NCBI RefSeq assembly: GCF_000341395.1
Contig: NC_020304.1
Location: forward strand, 960,001 to 992,000
Direction: 5' to 3'
DNA: 32,000 bases
Origin: Desulfocapsa sulfexigens DSM 10523
GTDB lineage: Bacteria; Desulfobacterota; Desulfobulbia; Desulfobulbales; Desulfocapsaceae
Position 1 is the stretch's first letter. Each line of letters opens with the position of its first letter. The notes under the pieces are model-generated. The model did not search any database, was not told where the DNA came from, and saw only the letters and a list, made by a program, of their open reading frames with translations. Positions 16,287 through 23,811 of this stretch are shown here, piece after piece. Made by a program: the position numbers and the translations under genes.

Positions 16287-16464
16287 CCTGATTACCACTG
16301 AGCCTCAGCTTACCCGCCTGAGGAGGAGTTGTTTCGTGTTGATTATATGGGCATCTGCGGCCTGGACGGCCGCAGCAGAGCCCCCAGGGATGGGTTTATG
16401 GCGTCCCATATAATCGACACGGAACAGCTCCGGGTTGCAAAGCTGAGTTTCGATAGTAATCAGG
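16287..16464 (+). mobile_element. 178-bp palindromic MITE, copy 2, with 8-bp target-site duplication TATAAATA
   Basis: Same length and orientation as copy 1, with a handful of substitutions. TATAAATA is present at 16279-16286 and 16465-16472. Confidence 0.85.
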
Positions 16465-16511
16465 TATAAATATATCGAATGGCAAATATAATTTTCAGGG
16501 AGGGCAATTAA

Positions 16512-17531
16512 TTATTCCAGCCGCCTTTTCCCATCTCTTAAAAACCAGGGTTCCAGTCCGCCGGTCAGAATTTCTACTCCACCACTGTTTACAAGGATGG
16601 TATGTTCAAACTGGGCGCTTAGAGCGAGATCCGCTGTAACCGTCGTCCAATTGTCATTCCACACCCTGGCGCCATGGCCCCCGCAATTGATCATGGGTTC
16701 AATAGTGAAGGTCATCCCCTCTTCCATAACAGCCTTATTTTCCGGGTCATAGGAGTGGGCCACAAAGGGAAACATATGGAAATGCTCACCAATACCATGA
16801 CCGCCATAGGGACGGAAAACGACATAGCCGTATTTGGCGGCGTGGGCTTCAATGACCCGCCCGATTTCGTTGAAGCGCTGCCCCGGTCTGACAACATCGA
16901 TCCCTTTCATCAGGCATTCCCAGGTACACTGAACCAGGGAAAACGCCTCCTCGGTCACGTCACCGACCAGTACTGTCTCGGAGCAGTCACCATGCATGCC
17001 ATCAATATAAACGGTCACATCACAGTTAATAATGTCACCATTTTGCAACTTTCTACTGTCAGGGATACCATGCAATATTACCTCGTTCACAGAAGTACAG
17101 ATTGACTTGGGAAATCCCATATAATTCAAAGGACTCGGATATGCTCCATGTGCTATTGCAGCCTCATGGGCAATTTCATCCAGTGCATCGGTGCTCACAC
17201 CGAGTTCAACTGCCGCAAGCACACTATCCAGTACTTTCCTTGCAACCCCACCTGCCCTGCGCATTCGACTGATTTCATCATCGGATTCTTTTTTACAGGA
17301 CTTCCCTGAATTACCGGTCTTTCCTGTTATGGCATACTCAGGGAGAAATATATGGTCAGGAACCCTTCGTGGAAGGCTTAGTGTACCTGGACCGACAGGT
17401 GCCTTTCCGGCAACCAACTCGTTAGCATCAGGCGGAACCGTTTCTCCCTTTTGGTCCGAACGCAAATGACACCTCTTATATTTTTTACCACTGCCACACC
17501 AGCAGAGTTCATTTCTTCCAGGTACAATCAT
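16512..17531 (-). CDS. map: Type I methionine aminopeptidase with N-terminal SEC-C zinc-binding motif
   Basis: MetAP metal-ligand context (NCDVTVYIDGMHGDCSET, GHGIGEHFH, FTIEPMIN, QFEHTILV). N-terminal CWCGSGKKYKRCH. The start is placed at ATG 17531 (MIVPGRNELCWCG) rather than the longest ORF start at 17600. Confidence 0.92.
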   Translation of the reverse strand: MIVPGRNELCWCGSGKKYKRCHLRSDQKGETVPPDANELVAGKAPVGPGTLSLPRRVPDHIFLPEYAITGKTGNSGKSCKKESDDEISRMRRAGGVARKVLDSVLAAVELGVSTDALDEIAHEAAIAHGAYPSPLNYMGFPKSICTSVNEVILHGIPDSRKLQNGDIINCDVTVYIDGMHGDCSETVLVGDVTEEAFSLVQCTWECLMKGIDVVRPGQRFNEIGRVIEAHAAKYGYVVFRPYGGHGIGEHFHMFPFVAHSYDPENKAVMEEGMTFTIEPMINCGGHGARVWNDNWTTVTADLALSAQFEHTILVNSGGVEILTGGLEPWFLRDGKRRLE

Positions 17532-17785
17532 TAACACCACTCTCCATATGTATTCCCTGTCGATCCACCACTCAAACAGTAAGAAGGAATGACTCAACAC
17601 TCTGAGTCACTTCTCCCCTACGGCCTACAAGATACGCTGAGCTTTGCTCAGCGCAACGGCCGGTGTCAGCTGCCCCAAGCAAATCTGTGGACCAAATTTG
17701 TGCGAAGAGAAATGATCCAAGAACGGAAAAAGTACATTCGAAGAACCGCGCTACCCAAGGTCAGCTGGATACCATTGATAACCAA

Positions 17786-18070
17786 TTATTTTCGTTTTTT
17801 CGCCTTTTTATAGACTAAATTTTTGTCTCTTTTGCCGATAGCAATTACGTAAACAAAAACTTCTTCATCAACTACTTCATAAACAAGCCGGTATCCGCTT
17901 GCTCTGAGTTTAATTTTGTAGTGGTTCTCAAATCCAGACAGGCGACTACCAGAAACATGTGGCGATTCTAGGCGTTCTTTTAATTTTTTCTTGAATTGTG
18001 ATTGTATAGTGTTGTCTAGTTTTTTCCATTCCTTAAGGGCGGTTGGGAGGAATTTTAATTTATAGCTCAT
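17786..18070 (-). CDS. RelE/StbE (ParE superfamily) toxin
   Basis: 94-aa ORF with a family-typical sequence (LKFLPTALKEWKKLDNTIQSQFKKKLKERLESP ... YRLVYEVVDEEVFVYVIAIGKRDK). Overlaps the antitoxin gene by 11 nt. Confidence 0.9.
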   Translation of the reverse strand: MSYKLKFLPTALKEWKKLDNTIQSQFKKKLKERLESPHVSGSRLSGFENHYKIKLRASGYRLVYEVVDEEVFVYVIAIGKRDKNLVYKKAKKRK

Positions 18071-18311
18071 CTAGTGTAATTTCCACAGCTGAGATTTTTT
18101 CAATTTCCCTTTCTTTTACTATAATTCCTAGTTGGTGATCCTCTAGTCTTTCCAGTAGTGCTTCATATGTTTCTGCTGGAATTAAATATGCAGTCGGCTT
18201 GTTGTGATTGAGAATAGCGATTGGTTCACCATCTGACTGATCTATCAAAGCAGAAGGGTTTTTCTTTAATTCTGATATACTTGCTGAGCGGCTTGCTAGT
18301 ACTGATTCCAT
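18060..18311 (-). CDS. Phd/YefM (StbD-like) antitoxin
   Basis: 83-aa ORF. ISELKKNPSALIDQSDGEPIAILNHNKPTAYLIPAETYEALLERLED is typical of Phd/YefM antitoxins. Lies immediately upstream of the RelE-like gene. Confidence 0.9.
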   Translation of the reverse strand: MESVLASRSASISELKKNPSALIDQSDGEPIAILNHNKPTAYLIPAETYEALLERLEDHQLGIIVKEREIEKISAVEITLDEL

Positions 18312-18416
18312 TGATTCACCTATAATATGATTTTTTATTATGGTTTAATTATAGGTCTTAATTGTGGTCTTGTCGAGTTTTATCATTTTTCTGCTTAACG
18401 GTCGCTGTTGAGCAAA

Positions 18417-18684
18417 TAAAAGGGCAAGTCTCCCTTTGACCTATAGAGCCAAGCAAAAGCCAAAAGCAGATTTTCCCCCTTTCGTTACTAAGAAAAAAAA
18501 TTATGATTATTTCGGAAATTCACCTTGTCATACCATTCTTTTGTCATTCACCAGCTTGATCCTACCCCGTTCCTAATTGGACATGATACAAAGCACCTTG
18601 ATATACCATACGTAGTAGCCTTGATATGTTTTTACTTTATCATACACTCACCACATAGGTCAAAAGGAGACTTGACCCTTTTTT
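18417..18684. repeat. About 268-bp unit bounded by 27-35-bp inverted repeats (MITE-like or ORF-less insert) in the spacer after cassette 3
   Basis: AAAAGGGCAAGTCTCCCTTTGACCTAT (18417-18444) pairs with ATAGGTCAAAAGGAGACTTGACCCTTTTTT (18655-18684), with two mismatches in the core. No convincing ORF inside. Confidence 0.4.
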
Positions 18685-18758
18685 TCTCCTTAATTTACCC
18701 GGAAAGGTGGCCTGGAAACCGAGCTGCTTGTTTTCCAGTGCATACAATTGTTATACAA

Positions 18759-18980
18759 TTATAGTTTTTTTTCAGTCTGAAAGCCAGGAGGGGAATCAGA
18801 GGCATTCTCCTCGTCGCACATTTCTGCACAGATGATGCTAACTTTTTTTGCAAAGTTTGTCGGCAGTCGATGTATATTAGGCTCCGCACTAGACATTAAA
18901 TGTGCAATTTCATTAATTGTTGTATTTTGCATGTTTAGATCTTTTGGTGTTGTGTTGAAAAATTTCTTTAGTTTATTCAT
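18759..18980 (-). CDS. Small hypothetical protein (73 aa from ATG 18980; the longest ORF starts at 19019)
   Basis: ORF directly after the 295-aa gene, on the same strand. Its stop lies 2 nt before a GTATAAC core site. Weak RBS. A possible helix-turn-helix-like stretch (TTINEIAHLMSSAEPNIHRL). Weakly supported. Confidence 0.3.
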   Translation of the reverse strand: MNKLKKFFNTTPKDLNMQNTTINEIAHLMSSAEPNIHRLPTNFAKKVSIICAEMCDEENASDSPPGFQTEKKL

Positions 18981-18994
18981 TTCCGAGGCACCAA

Positions 18995-19882
18995 TTAAAG
19001 ATTGTTGACAGCGTGACAAATTGATTTTGCAATTAAGTCAGCTGTGAATTTTAAAGAATCTACATGGGTGATATTAAAGGTATTCTTTTTTCGAGATGTA
19101 ATATGCAGCAATCCTATCATGCTGATCCCTTGGCCATCGTAGCCATTGAGGGGAGCAACCATCATTGTTTTTACTTCATCAGGGTATTGGTCATCATTTT
19201 TTGTTTTTTTATAGAATTCTTGTTTTGATGCTCTTTCTAAATCATTAAAAATGAGAATCCCTTGCTCTTTTTTCTTTAGGAAAAAACTAGGTATGCCCTC
19301 ATCAGAGCATATCGCCTCTGATGTTTTATAACGGTTTTTGTTAAAACCAGAGGATCTTGCAATAGTATAGTAGGTGATTTTATTTACACCTTCGATGTCT
19401 TTTTCTTTAGCAAGTCTTATGGCAACTTCGATAGAATCGTCCTTCAATAATCTAATGTAGTAATCTTTAAGATGGTCACATATTTTACCCGTGAATTTTC
19501 GTAAGAATTTTATCTCGTGTTTCTCATTTCTTTTTTGGTGAGAATGCCTCCTTTTACATATTTTTGTTTGATAATCTCTTAGGAAATGGGAAAGACTATG
19601 TAAGTAAAACTTAATATCTAATGATCTTATAGTTCTAAGCCTCAAATAAAAGAATGAAGCGCAGAATATTAAGGAAAAAAGAAATACCAAAACCAAAAAT
19701 ACTGATTTCATTTCTATGATTCTGGTACTTTTAAAATGTTCTGGCCACCAGAAAGGAGTCCCCATTGATATAATGGTTATTAGTACAGTTATTAAGAAGC
19801 CACGAAGCCTTGAAAAAAAGCCAAGTGCTCCTATCTGCCATGCATTCCTTCCATCTTCAAAGTGGTCTACACATTCAGACAT
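18995..19882 (-). CDS. Integron cassette protein: two-TM N-terminus plus GAF-like C-terminal domain
   Basis: 295-aa ORF. Hydrophobic segments FLITVLITIISMGTPFWW and VFLVLVFLFSLIFCASFFYL. The C-terminal pattern (AIRLA ... YYTIARS ... MMVAPLNGYDGQGISMIGLLHITS ... LKFTADLIAKSI) resembles GAF domains. Confidence 0.7.
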   Translation of the reverse strand: MSECVDHFEDGRNAWQIGALGFFSRLRGFLITVLITIISMGTPFWWPEHFKSTRIIEMKSVFLVLVFLFSLIFCASFFYLRLRTIRSLDIKFYLHSLSHFLRDYQTKICKRRHSHQKRNEKHEIKFLRKFTGKICDHLKDYYIRLLKDDSIEVAIRLAKEKDIEGVNKITYYTIARSSGFNKNRYKTSEAICSDEGIPSFFLKKKEQGILIFNDLERASKQEFYKKTKNDDQYPDEVKTMMVAPLNGYDGQGISMIGLLHITSRKKNTFNITHVDSLKFTADLIAKSICHAVNNL

Positions 19883-19925
19883 TCATTGTTCTCCTAATTG
19901 TAAAGATCGTACGTATTGGTGGATA

Positions 19926-20056
19926 GTATAAAGCCAACGCAAAGCTAAGACGCGCGCCTAGCCGGGGTTAAATTAAGTTCGAGTTGTAATGAGATGGCCG
20001 AAGCCGTTTAAGCAAAGCGCAAGTTTGCGCGTCGTGCTTGAGCGAATTGTTATAAC
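19926..20056 (-). other. attC candidate of cassette 2 (about 130 bp)
   Basis: On the minus strand it opens with G-TTATAAC (20056-20049), 2 nt after the stop codon. It contains imperfect inverted arms (core GACGCGC / GCGCGTC) and closes with T-TTATAC (19932-19926). Its length is in the usual attC range. Confidence 0.45.
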
Positions 20057-20058
20057 TT

Positions 20059-20826
20059 TTATTTTTTAATTACCCTTATTATCTCTGATAGTAAGAAGTC
20101 TAAATCATTTGAGAAATCGATCTGTGTTACGTTTGGCAGAGACTCAGAACTTCTTATTTGAGAATGCAAATAATAATCGGCTATTTTTCTTGAACTATTC
20201 TCAAGATGCTGCATTGATTCTTTAAACGATTTTGCTCCAGAGTAATTATTTGCTACTTCTGAAAACTTAGAACAGTTTAAGATAGGTGGAATATGATCAA
20301 GTATTGCTCTTGTGACCATGATTATTGAGAGATAACACTCACCAGCAAAGTTTATGTTCATTTCCTCACATAAACGAACCAATTTGCTCAAGTCATATTT
20401 TTTATTGGATAAAGCTTTCAGCTCATTAATGCGGTCAGGGTCGACATAGGCTCTTGAGACAGTTTGGATTTTAATTTCTTTTCTTCCACTTTGTTTTGCT
20501 TCGTTTTGTGCTTTTGCTGGCGCTGACAAATTTGATATTTTAATTTTTAATGGTAGGCTTCCAAGCCAGCGAAGACGACTTTGGACTCTCATCCGAAATA
20601 TTGACCAAGAAGATGGGTCATCATAATAACTACCACCAACTACTAAATTTGAATCTCCTTGAGCAGCCCATTCTGCCGAAAGACCACTGTCGGGGAATTT
20701 GGTTGTCAGCCAATCTGTAACTTCATTTACCCAATAGTTAAACTCGCTATGGGTTTCGACAGGCTCATGCTCATCGAGCAGAATTTGCCCCTTTGCAACA
20801 ATTTTATCTAGTCCTTCAAGTGGCAT
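20059..20826 (-). CDS. Integron cassette protein, hypothetical (two helical domains joined by a Lys/Ala/Gln-rich linker)
   Basis: 255-aa ORF bounded on both sides by GTTATAAC core sites. No family recognised. Confidence 0.75.
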   Translation of the reverse strand: MPLEGLDKIVAKGQILLDEHEPVETHSEFNYWVNEVTDWLTTKFPDSGLSAEWAAQGDSNLVVGGSYYDDPSSWSIFRMRVQSRLRWLGSLPLKIKISNLSAPAKAQNEAKQSGRKEIKIQTVSRAYVDPDRINELKALSNKKYDLSKLVRLCEEMNINFAGECYLSIIMVTRAILDHIPPILNCSKFSEVANNYSGAKSFKESMQHLENSSRKIADYYLHSQIRSSESLPNVTQIDFSNDLDFLLSEIIRVIKK

Positions 20827-20845
20827 ATTTCTCTTTATTTACAAG

Positions 20846-20976
20846 TTATAACGTTTGAACTCAGCGGAAAAATAAAATACGTGGCCAGGAGCTTTTCATT
20901 AGCAAGTGCCATTTTACGTGACGGAAACTACACAAACCCCGGACCTCATTTTTTCCGCTGAAGTGACTTGTTAGTG
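20846..20976 (-). other. attC candidate of cassette 1 (131 bp)
   Basis: On the minus strand: R''-like CACTAAC (20976-20970), 4 nt after the stop codon. A perfect 12-bp inverted repeat TCAGCGGAAAAA / TTTTTCCGCTGA (20861-20872 and 20950-20961). R'-like GTTATAA (20852-20846). Confidence 0.5.
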
Positions 20977-20980
20977 TCTG

Positions 20981-22366
20981 TTATCTTGGTATTTTTGATA
21001 GTAAATTTCCAAATGTATCTGCAAATGTTTTTAGGGCATGCTCATCAATTACTTTTGGATCTGTTTCTTTATAATCATATGCTTGTCCAAATATTTTTTC
21101 ACAGAGTTGTTTCTTGAGATTTTTTTGTTCATCCTCATCTAGGGTGCTAATGAATGGATCGAAAGCCTTAATCTGCAAGGCGAACCATCTGTTTCGTTTT
21201 TCATTGTTTCTGTGAACTGTGGATTGTTGTGCAGAATAAGCACTACCCCAAAGAAGAACACCAGATATTGAAAAAGTTGAAAACAGTTTGAACCAAAGAA
21301 GAGCCCCACTTGTTTGAGCTTTCGATGAGGATATAGATTCACTCTTTTTGCTCTGGTCTGTTGTTACTATTTTAGATTTAGCTATATCTTTTGACGGAGG
21401 TCTCGTAACAGCTTCTTCAATCTTGGTGGTGAGTTTTTCCGTTATGTTTTTTTCTTTAAAATTAGTGTGGTAGGAAAATAGTAACCAAAATACAGTGAGA
21501 ATGATAAAGCCTACAGATACGAAACGCCATTTATTAGCCTCAGTTTTTTCTTGGTTTGCATTTTTTAAATAACCTGCACCAACACTGTCACGAGCAGTAA
21601 TTTCGTACAATTCAAGAATTGACTTATGTTTTTCATCACTGTCTGAGAGAATACTTGATATTTTTTGTTCAAATTCAGATTCATTTTCTGATAGCTTTTC
21701 ATTGTACTTGGAGATAACAGTGTCTATCTCAGCCAACTTCTCTTCTGAAAATTTATCGCGCCAATCCGTAAATGATTGACTACGATTTTCTTGGGCAGCT
21801 GAAAATTGCTGTTGCCATTCAGATATGTGACCGTCAATTTCTTGCTTTTTAGTATCTATTTTATCTGACAGTTGCTGCAACTGGGTCTCATTGGTTTTTG
21901 ACGAATCAGATAAATTTTCTAGTATTTTACTTAGCGCATCCTTCTTTGAAATTAACGTTGAGCTTATTGTGTCAATAAGTTGTTCAAGTTCTTTAATCGG
22001 AGGCTCAATAGAATAACTTGTTGTCATTCCCATGAGTAATGATAATTGTGTTAATTGGTTTGCTATTAGATCATTTGCACTTGTCAGATGTGCTACATTT
22101 CCATTGGATTTGTATGAAGTTAATTGTGAGGAAATGTTTTGGTGCCTTAGCTGAGTATTTAGTGAGTCTAGTTGGTTGTACGGGACAATTTCAGGGTCAA
22201 TTTTTCGCAAGGCCTCTTCGTACATAGATACTATTTTTAGTAGCCTTCTTTTTTCAATAATCTCATCTTCATCTAAGTCGTTAAAATTCTCAGAGACATT
22301 ATCTCGAACCCAATTCAATGTTTCATGGATAGGATGGTTCTCAAGTTTTTCTTGCCAACGGTTCAT
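20981..22366 (-). CDS. Integron cassette protein: long coiled-coil N-terminal domain, two TM helices, short C-terminal domain
   Basis: 461-aa ORF. Residues 1-270 are heptad-rich and acidic or Ser-rich (QLQQLSDKIDTKKQEIDGHISEWQQQFSAAQE). TM helices FVSVGFIILTVFWLLFSY and ALLWFKLFSTFSISGVLLWGSAY. First cassette next to attI. Confidence 0.8.
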   Translation of the reverse strand: MNRWQEKLENHPIHETLNWVRDNVSENFNDLDEDEIIEKRRLLKIVSMYEEALRKIDPEIVPYNQLDSLNTQLRHQNISSQLTSYKSNGNVAHLTSANDLIANQLTQLSLLMGMTTSYSIEPPIKELEQLIDTISSTLISKKDALSKILENLSDSSKTNETQLQQLSDKIDTKKQEIDGHISEWQQQFSAAQENRSQSFTDWRDKFSEEKLAEIDTVISKYNEKLSENESEFEQKISSILSDSDEKHKSILELYEITARDSVGAGYLKNANQEKTEANKWRFVSVGFIILTVFWLLFSYHTNFKEKNITEKLTTKIEEAVTRPPSKDIAKSKIVTTDQSKKSESISSSKAQTSGALLWFKLFSTFSISGVLLWGSAYSAQQSTVHRNNEKRNRWFALQIKAFDPFISTLDEDEQKNLKKQLCEKIFGQAYDYKETDPKVIDEHALKTFADTFGNLLSKIPR

Positions 22367-22559
22367 TCTATTCTCTGGGTTTAAGGTTTATGAAGATGAT
22401 AGGTTATTGGACACTAACAGTGTTAATACATGGACAATGTCCATCATAGTACCTTATATATAGCCACTTTTTCCACTTATTTTGATATTAATAGCTTTAT
22501 ATGGAAAAAAGTGTCCACTTATTACTTTTTTCTTCATTTTGTCCATGTAATGCGATATT
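22367..22559. promoter_or_regulatory. attI / divergent promoter region of the integron
   Basis: Spacer between the intI start and the first cassette start. The minus strand carries GTTAGTG at 22418-22412 (GTTRRRY-like core). Several TGGAC/GTCCA repeats, including the palindrome ATGGACAATGTCCAT (22430-22444). Confidence 0.45.
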
Positions 22560-23579
22560 ATGATGGGTATCATGGAGAATAAGACAAAATTTACCCCAAA
22601 CCCTAAGTCAAAATTAATGGATCAAGTTCGAGAGACCTTGAGATATTATCATTATGCTCATTCAACTGAAAAAACATATTGTCAGTGGATTTTGAGATAT
22701 GTCTATTTTTACGATAAAAAGCGACATCCAAAAGAAATGGGAGGCCGCGAAGTTGAGAGTTTCTTATCTCACCTGGCAACACATGGAAAAGTGGCTGCTT
22801 CAACCCAGAGACAAGCTCTCAATGCATTAGTTTTTTTATATCGCGATGTTCTTCAAATTCCTCTTGATCAATCTATCGCCCCCATTCGTTCTAAACGCAA
22901 ACCTCATCCCCCAACCGTTCTTACAGAAAACGAAGTTGAGAGGGTGTTCGCACAAATGAAGGGCACCCATCTACTAATGGCCAAATTGATTTACGGAACT
23001 GGTATACGCCTAATGGAGTGTATTCGTTTGCGTATACAGGATATTGATTTTGGCCAGAGGCAACTGTTTATCCGCTCCGCAAAAGGTGGAAAAGATAGAA
23101 CGACATTTTTGCCTCGTTTTGTTCACGACGAACTTCATGAGCATGTCGAACGTGTAAAAAAACTGCATCGCCAAGATCTTGAGCAAGGCTTTGGCGAAGT
23201 GTATCTACCAAATGCACTAGCCAGAAAATATCGAAAAGCAGCTTGGGAAACATCGTGGCAATACGTATTCCCAAGTAAATCACGATCTATAGATCCAAGG
23301 AGCAAAAAAGAACGTAGACATCACGTACTTGAGTCAGGCCTGCAAAAAGCTGTTAAATCGGCTGTGAGAAAGTCAGGGATCGACAAGCGGGCAACCGTCC
23401 ATACTCTTCGCCATTCCTTCGCTACACATATGCTTGAAAATGGAACCAATATCCGTGTGCTTCAAGATCTTCTTGGACATGCTGATGTGAAAACAACAGA
23501 AATATATACCCATGTTATGCGAAAGGATATTGATGGGTTGCAAAATCCGCTGGATCGTCTGTACAGCAAATCCAATTAG
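22560..23579 (+). CDS. intI: Integron integrase (IntI, tyrosine recombinase)
   Basis: 339-aa ORF that aligns by eye along its length with IntI1-type proteins: [88 protein letters not shown]. It has the IntI-specific insertion [24 protein letters not shown] ... [12 protein letters not shown]. The start may be ATG 22572. Confidence 0.95.
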   Translation: MMGIMENKTKFTPNPKSKLMDQVRETLRYYHYAHSTEKTYCQWILRYVYFYDKKRHPKEMGGREVESFLSHLATHGKVAASTQRQALNALVFLYRDVLQIPLDQSIAPIRSKRKPHPPTVLTENEVERVFAQMKGTHLLMAKLIYGTGIRLMECIRLRIQDIDFGQRQLFIRSAKGGKDRTTFLPRFVHDELHEHVERVKKLHRQDLEQGFGEVYLPNALARKYRKAAWETSWQYVFPSKSRSIDPRSKKERRHHVLESGLQKAVKSAVRKSGIDKRATVHTLRHSFATHMLENGTNIRVLQDLLGHADVKTTEIYTHVMRKDIDGLQNPLDRLYSKSN

Positions 23580-23795
23580 AAGGAAAATCCTTCAAATAAA
23601 CTGCCGTCCATTAAAACAGAAGAGTTATATTTGTTCAATGAATAGTTGTGCTATTTCACTGATAATTCTAATACTATTTTGCAGAGACGTGCGGTAAAAA
23701 GGGTAACTATCGTGTAATATAGGCAGGTTTAGATGTTTCCTGAATATACGTAATAAAACCTAATTTTGCGAAGTGTCGACAACTACAATTAACAA

Positions 23796-23811
23796 CCTGA
23801 TTACCACTGAG
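23796..23811 (+). repeat. Solo 16-bp match to the 5' terminus of the 178-bp MITE
   Basis: CCTGATTACCACTGAG is identical to the first 16 nt of copy 2 (16287-16302). The rest of the element is absent. Confidence 0.4.

Larger units (their letters stand above)
17786..23579. mobile_element. Integron: intI plus attI region plus divergent cassette array (chromosomal-integron-like)
   Basis: An IntI-type tyrosine recombinase lies at 22560-23579 (+). All ORFs from 22366 down to 17786 are on the opposite strand and are separated by 100-170 bp spacers carrying imperfect inverted repeats and GTTA-type core sites. The region is visibly AT-richer than both flanks. A toxin-antitoxin pair lies at the distal end. 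Confidence 0.8.

Noticed and set aside
13733-16464. Composite transposon made of the two MITE copies carrying the ATP-grasp and Gly-rich genes.
   Set aside because: Each copy has its own matching 8-bp duplication (TAGACAAA and TATAAATA), which indicates two independent insertions. A composite event would leave one duplication at the outer ends only. No transposase is present.
17532-17600. N-terminal extension of the map ORF (MLSHSFLLFEWWIDREYIWRVVL).
   Set aside because: The SEC-C motif normally sits at the extreme N-terminus. The extension overlaps a hairpin in the intergenic region. The internal ATG at 17531 gives MIVPGRNELCWCG.
18525-18764. 79-aa plus-strand ORF inside or next to the 268-bp palindromic unit.
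   Set aside because: It has a non-ATG start and no RBS, crosses the inverted repeat and the GTATAAC site, and has a hydrophobic low-information sequence.
19932-19938. GTTGGCT as the closing core (R') of the cassette 2 attC.
   Set aside because: It would require AGCCAAC at the start of the next attC, which is absent. The adjacent TTATAC is matched by GTATAAC at 18756-18750.
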